A DNA stretch of 64,000 nt, taken from assembly GCA_963847705.1 (NCBI GenBank), contig CAWKBC010000027.1:480001-544000 (forward strand), written 5' to 3'. A program made the translations under genes and the position numbers. The stretch comes from an uncultured Pseudomonadota bacterium (GTDB lineage Bacteria > Myxococcota_A > Polyangia > Fen-1088). The notes under the pieces are model-generated. The model saw nothing but the letters and a program-made list of their open reading frames with translations, ran no database searches and was not told where the DNA came from. Positions 9,888 to 20,039 of the stretch are shown here, piece by piece (the stretch's first letter is position 1; the number at the start of each line of letters is the position of its first letter).

Positions 9888-11401
9888 ATGGCAGGGAACG
9901 GCGATGATGCAAAAGCGGCGACGGGAATCGCCGGCCTGGACGACGTGTTGCGGGGGGACTCCCCGCCAATCGCGTCTACCTGATCCAGGGCGATCCGGGA
10001 TCGGGGAAGACCACCCTCGGGCTGCAGTTTTTGCTCGAGGGCCGCCGGATCGGCGAGACCGGGATGTACGTCAGCCTCTCCGAGACGCGTGACGAGATCA
10101 CCGGTGTCGCTCGCTCCCACGGCTGGTCGCTCGACGGCATCCAGCTGTTCGAGATGCAGGAGGTCGCGCCGCAGCTCTCCGAAGAGTCCGAAAACACGCT
10201 CTTCGAGCCCTCCGAGATCGAGCTGCGAGAAATCATGCAGCGGCTCCTGGGCGAGATCGAGCGCTCCAAGGCCAGCCGGGTGGTGTTCGATTCGCTCTCC
10301 GAGCTGCGCCTCTTGGCGCAACACCCTCTGCGCTATCGCCGACAGATCCTCATGCTCAAGCAGTTCTTCGTGGGCCGGCAGTGCACGGTGCTCTTCCTCG
10401 ACGATCGCACCGCGCCCGAGGATGACCGCCAGCTGCAGAGCATCGCCCACGGCGTCATCCTGCTCGAGCAGCACGCCTCCGACTACGGAGATGAGCGCCG
10501 GCGGCTCCGGGCGGTCAAGGTTCGAGGCCTCCAGCCCCGCGGCGGCTATCACGAGCTGACGATCGTCAAGGGCGGGCTGCGGGTCTTCCCCCGTCTGGTG
10601 GCGTCCGAGCAGCCGACCAAGTTCGATCAGACCACCCTGCCGAGCGGCGTCCCCGAGCTGGATGCGCTGCTCGGCGGCGGCATCGACCGGGGGACGGCCA
10701 CGTTGGTGATCGGGCCGGCCGGATCGGGCAAGTCGACGCTGGCGCTCAGGTATGCGCTGACGGCGGTCGGGCGCGGAGAGCACGTGTCGCTGTTCGCCTT
10801 CGACGAGCGGATCCAGACGCTCTACCTGCGAGCCCGTGGCTTGGGGCTCGATCTCGAGGGCGCCATCGCCAGCGGGCGCCTCTTCATCAAGCAGATCGAT
10901 CCCGCCGAGATGGGGCCGGGGGAATTCGTCGCCTCGGTCAACGAAGCCGCCCTCCAGGCCAAGACGCGCGTCATCATCATCGACAGCCTGAACGGCTATC
11001 TGAACGCGATGCCGGAAGAGCGGGCGCTGGCGTTGCAGCTGCACGAGTTGCTGACCGTGTTGGGCCAGCGCGGGGTGTCGACCTTTCTGCTGATGGCCCA
11101 GCATGGAATCTTGGGCCCGGCGATGGTGAGCCCGATCGACGTCAGCTACCTGGCCGACACGGTGGTGATGTTGCGCTACTTCGAGGCCGAGGGAGCGATC
11201 CGCAAAGCGATCTCGGTCGTCAAGAAGCGCAGCGGCGCGCACGAGGAGACCATTCGCGAATACCGGATGGGTCCCCCCGACGGGGTCAGCGTCGGGAAGC
11301 CCCTCACCGGGTTTCGGGGCGTGCTGACCGGCGTCCCGAGCTACCTCGGCGGCACAGAGGCGCTCGCTTCCGAGAAACCAGGTCCAGGCAAAAACAGGTG
11401 A
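9888..11401 (+). CDS. KaiC-like double-domain RecA-superfamily ATPase (1-nt frameshift at G6 tract ~9952-9957)
   Basis: ATG 9888 gives ...ATGIAGLDDVLRG. A frame change then gives GLPANRVYLIQGDPGSGKTT (Walker A 1). Second Walker A is GPAGSGKST, followed by VVKKRSGAHE. Confidence 0.88.
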
Positions 11402-13017
11402 GCTCGGCCAGGTCACATTCTCTGACCGTCGCGCTCTACGCGCCGATCGGCCGGGATGCCGCGCTGGCAGCGCAGATGCTCTCCCGGGCAGGGATCGAGC
11501 CGCTCCCTTGCGCCACCTTCGAACAGCTGGGAGGTGAGATCGCTGCCGGCATCGGCGCCGTCTTGATCACCGAGGAGGAGCTGACGGCGGGCCGCATCGC
11601 CAAGCTCACGGAGGCGCTGCGCGGGCAGCCTGCCTGGTCGGACCTGCCGATCGTGGTGTTCAGCTCCCTGCCGGGCGAGCTGCGCCTGCAGGTGCTGGAG
11701 CGGCTGGCGGCCGTTGGAAACGTCTCGTTCGTCGACCGTCCGGTGCAGCGGAGGACCTTCCTGGCCACCGTGCGGGGGGCGTTGCGCGCCCGCGCCCGTC
11801 AGTACGAATCGCGGCGGGCGATCGAAGCCCGGGACGAGTTCCTGGCCATGCTGGGGCACGAGCTGCGCAACCCTCTGTCGGCGGTGCAGTTCGCGACCGA
11901 TCTCATCATGCGCCGGAGCATGACCGACGCCTGGGTCGTCAAGCACGCGGACACGATCGACCGACAGACCGCGCACCTCAATCGACTGGTCGACGATCTC
12001 CTCGACGTGTCGCGGGTGACCTCGGGGAAGGTGGTCCTCCGCAAGGAGCCCGCCGGCCTCGGGCCCCTGGTTCGGCGCTGCGTCGAGTCCTTGCAGACGA
12101 TGGCCGACGCGCACGGGCTGGTGCTCGACATGCACCCCGGGACGGACCGGATCCCCGTGGAAGCAGATGTCGTGCGCCTCGAGCAGGTGGTCATCAACCT
12201 GGTCACCAACGCCATCAAATACACGCCCCGCGGCGGTCGGATCGACATCGAGGTCTCGCGCGAGCCACCCAACCCGGAGCAAAGCGGGCAAGGCGGCGCG
12301 GCAGGGCAGGCCGTGCTCGTGGTCCGTGACACGGGCGTGGGGATCCCGTCCGAGCATCTGGAGTCGATCTTCGATGTCTTCAGCCAGGCGCCGACCGGGC
12401 TCGATCGGGCCAAGGGCGGGCTCGGCCTCGGCCTCACCCTGGTGCGCGCCCTGGTCGGGATGCACGGCGGCACGGTCGACGCGCACAGCGAAGGCGTCGG
12501 GAAAGGGAGCGAGTTTCGCGTTCGCCTTCCCCTGGCGGCCTCGGCGTCCGAGGTCACGGGCGTGCTCCGCACGGCGGTGCCGGTCGTGCACGAGAGCGTC
12601 CGGATCGTTCTCGTCGAGGACAACGTCGATATCCGCGAGACCCTGACCGAGCTCCTGGTGCTCGACGGCTACTGGGTGGAAGGGGCGGCCGACGGTCCGC
12701 AGGGGTTGACGCGGATTCTGTCGGAGGTCCCCAACGTCGCGCTCATCGACGTGGGCCTGCCCGGGTTCGATGGCTACGAGGTGGCGCGTCGCGCCCGCTC
12801 TCACCTCGGTGACACGCCGGTCCTGATCGCCATGACTGGCTACGGCCAACCGGACGATCGGGCGCGCGCCTTCGAGGCCGGGTTCGACGACCACGTGGTC
12901 AAGCCGGTCAGCGTGGAGGAGCTCTCGGCGGCGATCGAACGGATGCGGAGCAAGAAGACCGCCGGGAAGGGGCCGGCGCCTCGCGGCGCGGCGCCCAAGG
13001 TCGCCATCGGGCACTGA
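11398..13017 (+). CDS. Hybrid sensor histidine kinase / response regulator
   Basis: H-box LGHELRNPL, N-box NAIKY, G boxes DTGVGI and GLGLGL, C-terminal receiver (VEDN, DVGLP, KP). GTGA overlap with the KaiC-like gene. Confidence 0.95.
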   Translation: MSSARSHSLTVALYAPIGRDAALAAQMLSRAGIEPLPCATFEQLGGEIAAGIGAVLITEEELTAGRIAKLTEALRGQPAWSDLPIVVFSSLPGELRLQVLERLAAVGNVSFVDRPVQRRTFLATVRGALRARARQYESRRAIEARDEFLAMLGHELRNPLSAVQFATDLIMRRSMTDAWVVKHADTIDRQTAHLNRLVDDLLDVSRVTSGKVVLRKEPAGLGPLVRRCVESLQTMADAHGLVLDMHPGTDRIPVEADVVRLEQVVINLVTNAIKYTPRGGRIDIEVSREPPNPEQSGQGGAAGQAVLVVRDTGVGIPSEHLESIFDVFSQAPTGLDRAKGGLGLGLTLVRALVGMHGGTVDAHSEGVGKGSEFRVRLPLAASASEVTGVLRTAVPVVHESVRIVLVEDNVDIRETLTELLVLDGYWVEGAADGPQGLTRILSEVPNVALIDVGLPGFDGYEVARRARSHLGDTPVLIAMTGYGQPDDRARAFEAGFDDHVVKPVSVEELSAAIERMRSKKTAGKGPAPRGAAPKVAIGH

Positions 13018-13018
13018 G

Positions 13019-13037
13019 CGCCGACCGGGCGTTTTTT
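13019..13037 (+). terminator. Possible weak intrinsic terminator
   Basis: CGCC-gaccg-GGCG followed by T6 immediately after the kinase stop. Confidence 0.4.
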
Positions 13038-13083
13038 CCTAACCGTCGCCCCGGCCCCCGCCACTGAGCAGGGTGGAGGCCGC

Positions 13084-14784
13084 ATGATCCGAACCCCCGC
13101 CCGTGCTCGCTCGTCCGAAGTCGTTGCGCTGCTCCTGACCGCGATCGTGCTGGTCAGCTGCGGCAACTCGTCGTCGTCGCAGACGGGTGGCGGCAATGCC
13201 GGGCAGGGTGGTGCGGGGAGCGCCGGCAAGGTGCCAGGGCAGGGGGGCTCGCCCGCGTCGGGAACCGGCGGCGCCTCCAGCCCTACGGGCAACGGCGGCG
13301 CGACGTCGGTGACCGGGAGCGGCGGCTCGGCCGGCCCGACGGGACCCGGCGGTGGTGGGGGCAGTGCGGGGACGATGGGCGGCATGACCTGTTACGACGC
13401 CTGCGTCGCGGTGACCGACCTCTGCGCCGGCAAGAGCTGCGCCAGCGACGAGACCTGCATCGGGGGCAGCTGCGTGGCCGGATGTTTTCCGGCGCCGTGC
13501 AACGGCGTCACCTGCGCCTCGGGCCAGTTCTGTGACAGCGACAGCGGCAATTGCACCAAGCTCAACAGCTGCAGCACCATCAGCTGTCCGTCGGGCGAGG
13601 CGTGCAACACCACCTGCGCGGCCGCGGATCCCTGCGCCAACGTGAAGTGTTCCGGAAGCCAGGTCTGCGTCAGCGGCCAGTGCGTCGAGAATCTCTGCGC
13701 CGGAGTGACCTGCGCCGCCGGGAGCGTCTGCAGCAACGGCCTCTGCATCGACACCTGCGACTGCGGCGGAATGAATTGCGGCACGAACGGCCGCTGCGTC
13801 GAAGGGACCTGCGTCTGCACGCCCAGCTGTCCCAGCGACGGCAGCAATGCCGGCAAGTCCGACGGCTGCGGGGGGACCTGCGGCTGCCCGATGGGGAGCA
13901 GCGCCTACATGGGCAGCTGCTGCAGGGCGAACTGTCCCGCCGACGGGAGCAGGGGCGGATTGTCCGACGGCTGCGGCAAGACTTGCGGTTGCCCGAGCGG
14001 CGCGGTGCTCTACGGCGGCAGCTGCTGCACGCCCGCTTGCCCGGCCGACGGGAGCAAGGCGGGGATGTCGGACGGCTGCGGCAAGACCTGCGGTTGCCCG
14101 AGCGGCGCGGTGCTCTATGGCGGCAGCTGCTGCACGCCAAGCTGCGCGAAGGACGGCAGCAACGCCGGCAAGTCCGACGGCTGCGGCGGCATGTGCACCT
14201 GCCCGATGGGGAGCATGATGTACATGGGAGCTTGCTGCACGCCGAGCTGCCCGGCGGACGGCAGCAAGGCCGGGATGTCGGACGGCTGCGGCAAGACCTG
14301 CGGCTGCGCCAGCGGCGACGTCCTCTACGGCGGCAGCTGCTGCACGCCCAGCTGCGCGATGGACGGGAGCAGCGCCGGCAAGTCGAACGGCTGCGGCGGC
14401 ACCTGCAGCTGCCCGATGGGGAGCATGGCGTACATGGGGACCTGCTGCACGCCGAGCTGCCCGGCGGACGGCAGCAAGGCCGGGATGTCGGACGGCTGCG
14501 GCAAGAGCTGCGGGTGCAGCAGCGGCTCCGTGCTCTACGGCGGCAACTGCTGCACGCCGAGCTGCCCGAAGGACGGCACCTGCGGCGCCGCCGACGGCTG
14601 CGGCGGCGTCTGCGGCTGCACCGGCGGCGGGATGTGCTCGGGCGGCAAGTGCCCCACCAAGACCTGCAGTCCCGTCTGCGGCTGCGGCCAGACCTGCAAC
14701 AACGGCGCGTGCATCCAGATCCAGTGCGACGAGGCCGGCCTCTGTGGGTGCAGCTGCTGCTCCTCCTCCATCGGGTTGTCGTGA
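13084..14784 (+). CDS. Cys-rich repeat lipoprotein
   Basis: GGAGG RBS, lipobox LVSC, Gly-rich linker, PC.GVTC..GQ.C repeats, then about seven 35-aa TPSCP.DGS.AG.SDGCG..C.C repeats. Confidence 0.85.
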   Translation: MIRTPARARSSEVVALLLTAIVLVSCGNSSSSQTGGGNAGQGGAGSAGKVPGQGGSPASGTGGASSPTGNGGATSVTGSGGSAGPTGPGGGGGSAGTMGGMTCYDACVAVTDLCAGKSCASDETCIGGSCVAGCFPAPCNGVTCASGQFCDSDSGNCTKLNSCSTISCPSGEACNTTCAAADPCANVKCSGSQVCVSGQCVENLCAGVTCAAGSVCSNGLCIDTCDCGGMNCGTNGRCVEGTCVCTPSCPSDGSNAGKSDGCGGTCGCPMGSSAYMGSCCRANCPADGSRGGLSDGCGKTCGCPSGAVLYGGSCCTPACPADGSKAGMSDGCGKTCGCPSGAVLYGGSCCTPSCAKDGSNAGKSDGCGGMCTCPMGSMMYMGACCTPSCPADGSKAGMSDGCGKTCGCASGDVLYGGSCCTPSCAMDGSSAGKSNGCGGTCSCPMGSMAYMGTCCTPSCPADGSKAGMSDGCGKSCGCSSGSVLYGGNCCTPSCPKDGTCGAADGCGGVCGCTGGGMCSGGKCPTKTCSPVCGCGQTCNNGACIQIQCDEAGLCGCSCCSSSIGLS

Positions 14785-16475
14785 GGTGCGCGCGACGAAA
14801 CCGCACATGCCTCGCCGGCGCGCTCGTGTTCGGGGCGATCGGGTGGCTGCAGATCGGTTGCACCTTCTCGGGCTCGAACGGCGGGGCGGCGGGTGCGTCG
14901 TCTTCACCTTCGCCGTCATCGACCGTTGTCTCTCCCTGCACCGGCATCTGCGCCGATTTCCCCACCGCGCCGATCGTGACCGGGGGTGCGCCAGCCGGCG
15001 CGCCGTCGATGTTCGCCGGCAGCGGCAACGCGCCGGCCCCGTGTCTCACCGAGCCCGAGGACGGTTCGCTGTTCCCCAATAACTGGCTCCGCCCGCGCGT
15101 GAAGGTGAGCGCGCCCGGCGCGACGCTGTTCGAGTTCCGCTTCAAGAGCCCGATGCAGGCGAACGATCTGGTCGTCTACACGGCCAGCGACAACTGGGCG
15201 ATGGACGAGACGACCTGGCTGGCGCTGGCCACGCATGTGGTCGACTCCCCCATCACCGTCACGGCGCGGACGCTCGGTCCCTCCGGACTGTCGGCGGCCA
15301 GCACGGCGTCGTTCACCATCGCACCCGTCGGCGCGTCCGGGCAGATGGTCTACTGGGCGCTGCGCGGCTTCGACGCCTCGAACACCGACAACGAAGAGCT
15401 GTTCGGGTTCAGCGTGGGCGACGCGTCCGTCACCTCGGTCCTCAAGGTCGCCCAGGTGCAGGAGAACGCCAGCGGGGTTTCGGTCGGGTGCATCGGCTGC
15501 CACACCGCCACGCCGGACGGCTCGTACGTCGGGTTCACCGGCAACTATCCCTGGCCGAACGCGCTCGCCTCCGTCGAGCCGGCGACGGTGGGGGCGATGC
15601 CCAGCTTCCTCGGTGCCGACGCGCAGAACACGCTGACGACCTACTGGCACGGCATCATCACCTTCTCGGCCGGGCACTGGACCGACGGCGATCGCATCGG
15701 GATCACGACGCAGAGCACGCAGGCGGTCGATCCGCAGGCGAGCCTGCTCTGGATGGAGCTCGGCACGGGGACCTCGGGCACCATCGCCCGGCAAGGAGAT
15801 CCGAACGGCGCCTGCGCGCCCAGCTTCAGCCACGACGGGACGCAGATCGTCTACACCTCGACCAACGCCAATCAGGACGGGCGCCTGGGCGTCGGGACCG
15901 CGGACCTCTACACCGTCCCCTACGCGGGCGGGGCGGGTGGGCCGGCCACCCCGATCGCGGGCGCGGCGCAGGCGGACGCGGCGGAGTACTACCCCGCCTT
16001 CTCGCCCGACGACGCGCTGGTCGCGTTCAACCGGCTCCCCCAGAGCAGCGCCAGCGTCACGCCGACCGGCCAGCCCTACGACGGCGGGATGTACTTCAAC
16101 CCGGCGGCCGAGGTCTGGGTGATCCCCTCGGCGGGCGGCACCGCGGTCCGGCTGGCGGCCAACGATCCGCCCGCCTGCACGCCGCCGGTCATCCCCAACA
16201 CCGTCGTCTATCCGACCACGACCGGCTGGGACAACTCGTGGGCCAAGTGGTCACCCGACGTCGGGATGGCCAACGGCAAGAGCTACTACTGGGTGATCTT
16301 CTCCTCGTACCGCTACGACGTCTCGCCGCCGCGCGGACAGCTCTACGTGACCGCGGTGGTGAAGACGGAGCTGACTCTGGAGACCTACCCGGCGATTTAC
16401 CTGTGGAACCAGGACCTGACCACCAGCAACCACACGCCCGCCTGGGACTCGTTCAAGATCGCGCCCATCGACTGA
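14781..16475 (+). CDS. TolB-like (PD40) beta-propeller lipoprotein with a CxxCH motif
   Basis: GTGA overlap with the upstream stop, lipobox QIGC, PSFSHDGTQIVY, YYPAFSPDD, WAKWSPD, CIGCH. Confidence 0.8.
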   Translation: MRCARRNRTCLAGALVFGAIGWLQIGCTFSGSNGGAAGASSSPSPSSTVVSPCTGICADFPTAPIVTGGAPAGAPSMFAGSGNAPAPCLTEPEDGSLFPNNWLRPRVKVSAPGATLFEFRFKSPMQANDLVVYTASDNWAMDETTWLALATHVVDSPITVTARTLGPSGLSAASTASFTIAPVGASGQMVYWALRGFDASNTDNEELFGFSVGDASVTSVLKVAQVQENASGVSVGCIGCHTATPDGSYVGFTGNYPWPNALASVEPATVGAMPSFLGADAQNTLTTYWHGIITFSAGHWTDGDRIGITTQSTQAVDPQASLLWMELGTGTSGTIARQGDPNGACAPSFSHDGTQIVYTSTNANQDGRLGVGTADLYTVPYAGGAGGPATPIAGAAQADAAEYYPAFSPDDALVAFNRLPQSSASVTPTGQPYDGGMYFNPAAEVWVIPSAGGTAVRLAANDPPACTPPVIPNTVVYPTTTGWDNSWAKWSPDVGMANGKSYYWVIFSSYRYDVSPPRGQLYVTAVVKTELTLETYPAIYLWNQDLTTSNHTPAWDSFKIAPID

Positions 16476-16537
16476 CAGCTATTTCTGACCCTCGACCGCG
16501 ATTTGCGAGCACTTCGTCGGAGAGGTCTCCCATGCGT

Positions 16538-17950
16538 CTAGAACGCGGCGCAGGCGGTGTCGCCGCCTGGCAGCGACGCGCAGCTCGCGGCGCAGGCGGT
16601 GTCGCCACCTGGCAGCGACGCGCAGAGCGTTCCGGCGCAGCAACTGGATGCGTCGGTGCCGCAGGGATCGCCGGTGGCCGCGCAGGTGGGTCCCGCCGTC
16701 GGTCCCGAGAGCTGGGTGCAGACCCGCGCGCCGACCGGGCCGAGGCAGAGGCCGGCGCAGCAGTCGTCGGGCGCGACGCAAGGGGCGCCGAACGGTGCGC
16801 AGCTGCTGGCACAGGTGAGCGTGCCGGTCGTGTCAGGCAGGCACCGTCCGCGGCAGCACTGCGCCGCCACGGAGCAGGGGAGCCCCTCGGTGAGGCAGGC
16901 GGCGCCGGCCGATCCGAGGCAGCGGAGGGTGCCATTCGTGTCGGCGCGACAGCTGTCGGCGCTGCTGGCGCAACAGTCCGACGACTTCATGCAAAGCTCG
17001 CCGATGGCAAGGCATCCCTTCGGCATCGGGGACGGCGCCATCGGAGCGGGCGTGGGAGCGCAGCGCGCGGCGCCGTCGGGCGCGGCCATGCAGCTCCCGG
17101 AGCAGCAGTTCTGGGGGGTGGCGCAACGCTCCTGGTCCGGGCTGCAGCCAGAGGCGGCGCTGCAGCGAGACGGTCCCGTCGCCGACGCCTGGCAGCGCCC
17201 CGAGCAACAGTCCTTGTCGGTGGCGCAGAGCTCGAACGCCGGATGACAGCCGGGGAGGGCCTGACAATTGCTGGCGGCGTCCGGTCCGCTCATGCAGGTG
17301 CCCCCGCAGCAGTCGGAGGCAGAGCCGCAGGCCTCGCCGGCGACACGGCAGAACGGCAACAGCTGGCAGGTGGCCACGCTCCCTTCGCCCTCTCCGTCCG
17401 GCACGCAGAGCTGGCCGCAGCAGTCGGCGTTGGTGGCGCAGATCTCTCCGGCGGGACGACAGCCAGGCCCGGCCGCGGCGCAGACGCCGGCCATGCAGGC
17501 GCCGTCGCAGCAGTCGCCGTTGGTCGCGCAGCTGCCGCCGGCGGGCGCGCAGGCCGGCTCGCCGCAGATGCCATCGAGGCACCCGAGCGAGCAACAATCG
17601 CTCGGGCGCGCGCAGGGTTGCTGGTCCGACGCGCAGCCGACGGGGTCGAGGCAGATGAGATTCCCGTCGCCGGTCGGATCGATCCCGCAGAGGAACGAGC
17701 AACAGTCGGCGTCGAGGCGACAGGCGGAGCCGTCCCCCTGGCAGACGGTGAGCGGCGCGCAGCTCCCGGCCTGGCAGAGGCCCGAACAGCAGTCGGCGGC
17801 GCCGCCGCACGCAGCTCCGTTGGCGCTGCACGCGGCGACAGGGCGAGGGCGGGGGTTGGTCAGCTCGACGTCGCGCCGGCAGCCGAGGGCCGACCCCAAG
17901 GCCAACCCCGCGAGCAGCGCAGCGATGCGGGCCCTCTGCGCTGGCGTCAA
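16538..17950 (-). CDS. Cys-rich repeat lipoprotein (C...G..C....DCC.G.C units)
   Basis: Lipobox ALGC, about ten CC-containing repeats, TTGA overlap with the upstream gene. Confidence 0.8.
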   Translation of the reverse strand: MTPAQRARIAALLAGLALGSALGCRRDVELTNPRPRPVAACSANGAACGGAADCCSGLCQAGSCAPLTVCQGDGSACRLDADCCSFLCGIDPTGDGNLICLDPVGCASDQQPCARPSDCCSLGCLDGICGEPACAPAGGSCATNGDCCDGACMAGVCAAAGPGCRPAGEICATNADCCGQLCVPDGEGEGSVATCQLLPFCRVAGEACGSASDCCGGTCMSGPDAASNCQALPGCHPAFELCATDKDCCSGRCQASATGPSRCSAASGCSPDQERCATPQNCCSGSCMAAPDGAARCAPTPAPMAPSPMPKGCLAIGELCMKSSDCCASSADSCRADTNGTLRCLGSAGAACLTEGLPCSVAAQCCRGRCLPDTTGTLTCASSCAPFGAPCVAPDDCCAGLCLGPVGARVCTQLSGPTAGPTCAATGDPCGTDASSCCAGTLCASLPGGDTACAASCASLPGGDTACAAF

Positions 17951-19383
17951 GGCTGCGCGCCGCTGCCCGCCAGTCGCTGCGCCGTCGCGACCCGCAGGCC
18001 GCTGGGAAACGTCTCCAGATAGCGCCGCGCCAGACGTCGCGCGCGCGCCAGTTCGCCCAGCGCCGCGGCGCTCTCCATCGAGCCGGCCAGCGCCTCCTCG
18101 CCCAGGGCCCCTTCCGGCGCCACACCGAGCGCCCGTTCATAGTCGCGGTGCGCCTGCCGCTTCCGCCCCTGCCGCTCTTCGATCTGCGCCGCGGCGTAGA
18201 GCGCGTTCTGCCGCATGGCCGCCGGCGCGCCGTGCCGGTCGAGCTGGTGATAGGCGGCCACCGCCTCGTCGAGCGAGCCCTCCTGGCGAAACGCCTCCGC
18301 GCGCAGATAGCGCAGCTCGTCCTGGCAGGCGATCAAGTTGGGGGCGCAGCTGCCCTCTCCAACGCGCGCCTCGTGGCTGCCGGCCGCGATCAGACGCAGG
18401 GCGTGGGCGGCGTCGCCGGAGCGCATGCTCCCGCGGGCGGCGCGCCCGGCCTCCTCGCAGGTGCGCACCACCGTCCCGCAGGTGGCAGCAGGCTGCGCTT
18501 CGGCGGTGGCGGAGGCGGCCGGCGCCAGGGCTGCGTCGGCCGCGGGTGGCGGTGGCGCCGCCGGCGTCGGCCAGGAGGCGCTCTCGCCGGCGCCGACGGG
18601 GCGCTCGCTCCCGTCGGCGAATCGCACCGCGACCCGGCCCTCGCTGACCCGGACCGAGGATCCGGCGGTCGTCGCGACGACCGCGAATTTCGTTCCCCGC
18701 ACCTCGACCCGCAGATCGGGCGTGGCCACCGCGAAGGTCTCGCCGGCCACCCGGTGCGCGACGGCGGCGTCGAGGGTCCCCGCCTCGAGCCGGACTTCCA
18801 CCGCGCGCGCCGTCCCGCCCAGCCGCAGGTGCGCCGGCCCCGCGATCCGCAACGTCGAGCCGCGAGCGAGGCTCAGCTCTGCCTCGGTCGCGGCCGCGAG
18901 CACGATCTCCCGGTCGGCCGGCAGGCCCGCCGTCACGGCCTGCGCTCGCCCGTCGATCGTGAGGGTGCCGGTGACGCGGGTGAGCGTCGCGTACCCGCGA
19001 TCCGTCGCCGAAGCGGCCGTCGGGCCGAGCGCGAGCGGCATCGAGGGCTGCCGCAGCGCCAACAAGACCACCGCCGCCCCGACGAACGTCAGCGCGGCCG
19101 GCACGAAGAGCCGCGGCCACCGTCGAGAACGGGGCGGCGCCGGGGTCGCCGTCTCGGCCGCCCCCAGCCGTTCGATCTCGACCTGCATCCGCCGGACGCT
19201 CATGGCGTCCGGCGCCTCGGGCGTGAGGCTGCGCATTTTCGGGACGGCGATGCGCCAGAAGGCGGCGCGCCTCCGGCAGTCCGCGCACCCCTCGATGTGC
19301 GCGTGGAGCCGTACGGTGGCGACCGGATCCATCCTTCCGTCGACCACGTCGACCAGACGGGCTTCGACCTCGGCGCAGTTCAC
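17947..19383 (-). CDS. FecR-domain anti-sigma factor with zf-HC2 N-terminus and TPR-like C-terminus
   Basis: HIEGCADC (HxxxCxxC), one TM, VEVRGTKFAV FecR motif, helical C-terminus. GTGA overlap with the sigma stop. Confidence 0.88.
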   Translation of the reverse strand: MNCAEVEARLVDVVDGRMDPVATVRLHAHIEGCADCRRRAAFWRIAVPKMRSLTPEAPDAMSVRRMQVEIERLGAAETATPAPPRSRRWPRLFVPAALTFVGAAVVLLALRQPSMPLALGPTAASATDRGYATLTRVTGTLTIDGRAQAVTAGLPADREIVLAAATEAELSLARGSTLRIAGPAHLRLGGTARAVEVRLEAGTLDAAVAHRVAGETFAVATPDLRVEVRGTKFAVVATTAGSSVRVSEGRVAVRFADGSERPVGAGESASWPTPAAPPPPAADAALAPAASATAEAQPAATCGTVVRTCEEAGRAARGSMRSGDAAHALRLIAAGSHEARVGEGSCAPNLIACQDELRYLRAEAFRQEGSLDEAVAAYHQLDRHGAPAAMRQNALYAAAQIEERQGRKRQAHRDYERALGVAPEGALGEEALAGSMESAAALGELARARRLARRYLETFPSGLRVATAQRLAGSGAQP

Positions 19384-20039
19384 GGCTGCCATCCCGTGCC
19401 GAGCCAGTCGGCCAGCTCTGGCCGGCGCTTGCATCGCCGTTCGATGTGGCGCCGGGCGTCGTGCACGCGAACCTTCACCGCGCTCACCGAGGCGTTGAGG
19501 ATCGCTGCCACCTCCTCCATCGAGTGCCCTTCGAGCACGTGGAGGACGAAGGCGGCCCGGCGCTTGGGGCGCATCTCGGCCAGCAGCCCCTCGAGGACGG
19601 CGATCTCCTCGCGCGCGGCCGCAATTCGCTCGGGGCCGGGTTCCTGGTTGGCGTGCTCGGCGGTCTCTTCGAGCGACAACGCCCGCGGCGGTCGCCGGCG
19701 TGCGCCGTGCATCGTGACCCGCACGGTGATCCGGGTCAGCCAGGTGGAGAAGAGCGCGTCGCCACGGAAGTCGGGGAGCGACCGGAAGGCCTCGACGAAG
19801 GAGGCCTGGACGAAGTCCTCGACGTCGGGCCCGGGTCCCGCCAGCCGCCGGACCACCCGGTGGACCAGGCCGACATAGTTGCGGAAGAGGTCGCGGAACG
19901 CCGCCGGATCGCGGCGTCGCGCCCGATCGACCAAGGCGGTGACGTCGGGGGTGGCCGATGGCGACGCGTCAGACACGGCCCTCACTTCAGTGCCAGTGGA
20001 GGGCGGTGCCAGGAAGGTTAGGAAAAAAGATTGGCTCAT
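19380..20039 (-). CDS. ECF RNA polymerase sigma factor
   Basis: Region 2 EDFVQASF...FRGDALFSTWLTRI and region 4 EGHSMEEVAAIL...VKVRVHDAR. The start could alternatively be GTG 19976. Confidence 0.93.
   Translation of the reverse strand: MSQSFFLTFLAPPSTGTEVRAVSDASPSATPDVTALVDRARRRDPAAFRDLFRNYVGLVHRVVRRLAGPGPDVEDFVQASFVEAFRSLPDFRGDALFSTWLTRITVRVTMHGARRRPPRALSLEETAEHANQEPGPERIAAAREEIAVLEGLLAEMRPKRRAAFVLHVLEGHSMEEVAAILNASVSAVKVRVHDARRHIERRCKRRPELADWLGTGWQP

Noticed and set aside
9888-11401. Circadian clock
   Set aside because: No kaiA or kaiB. The context is the KaiC-like ATPase + kinase type.
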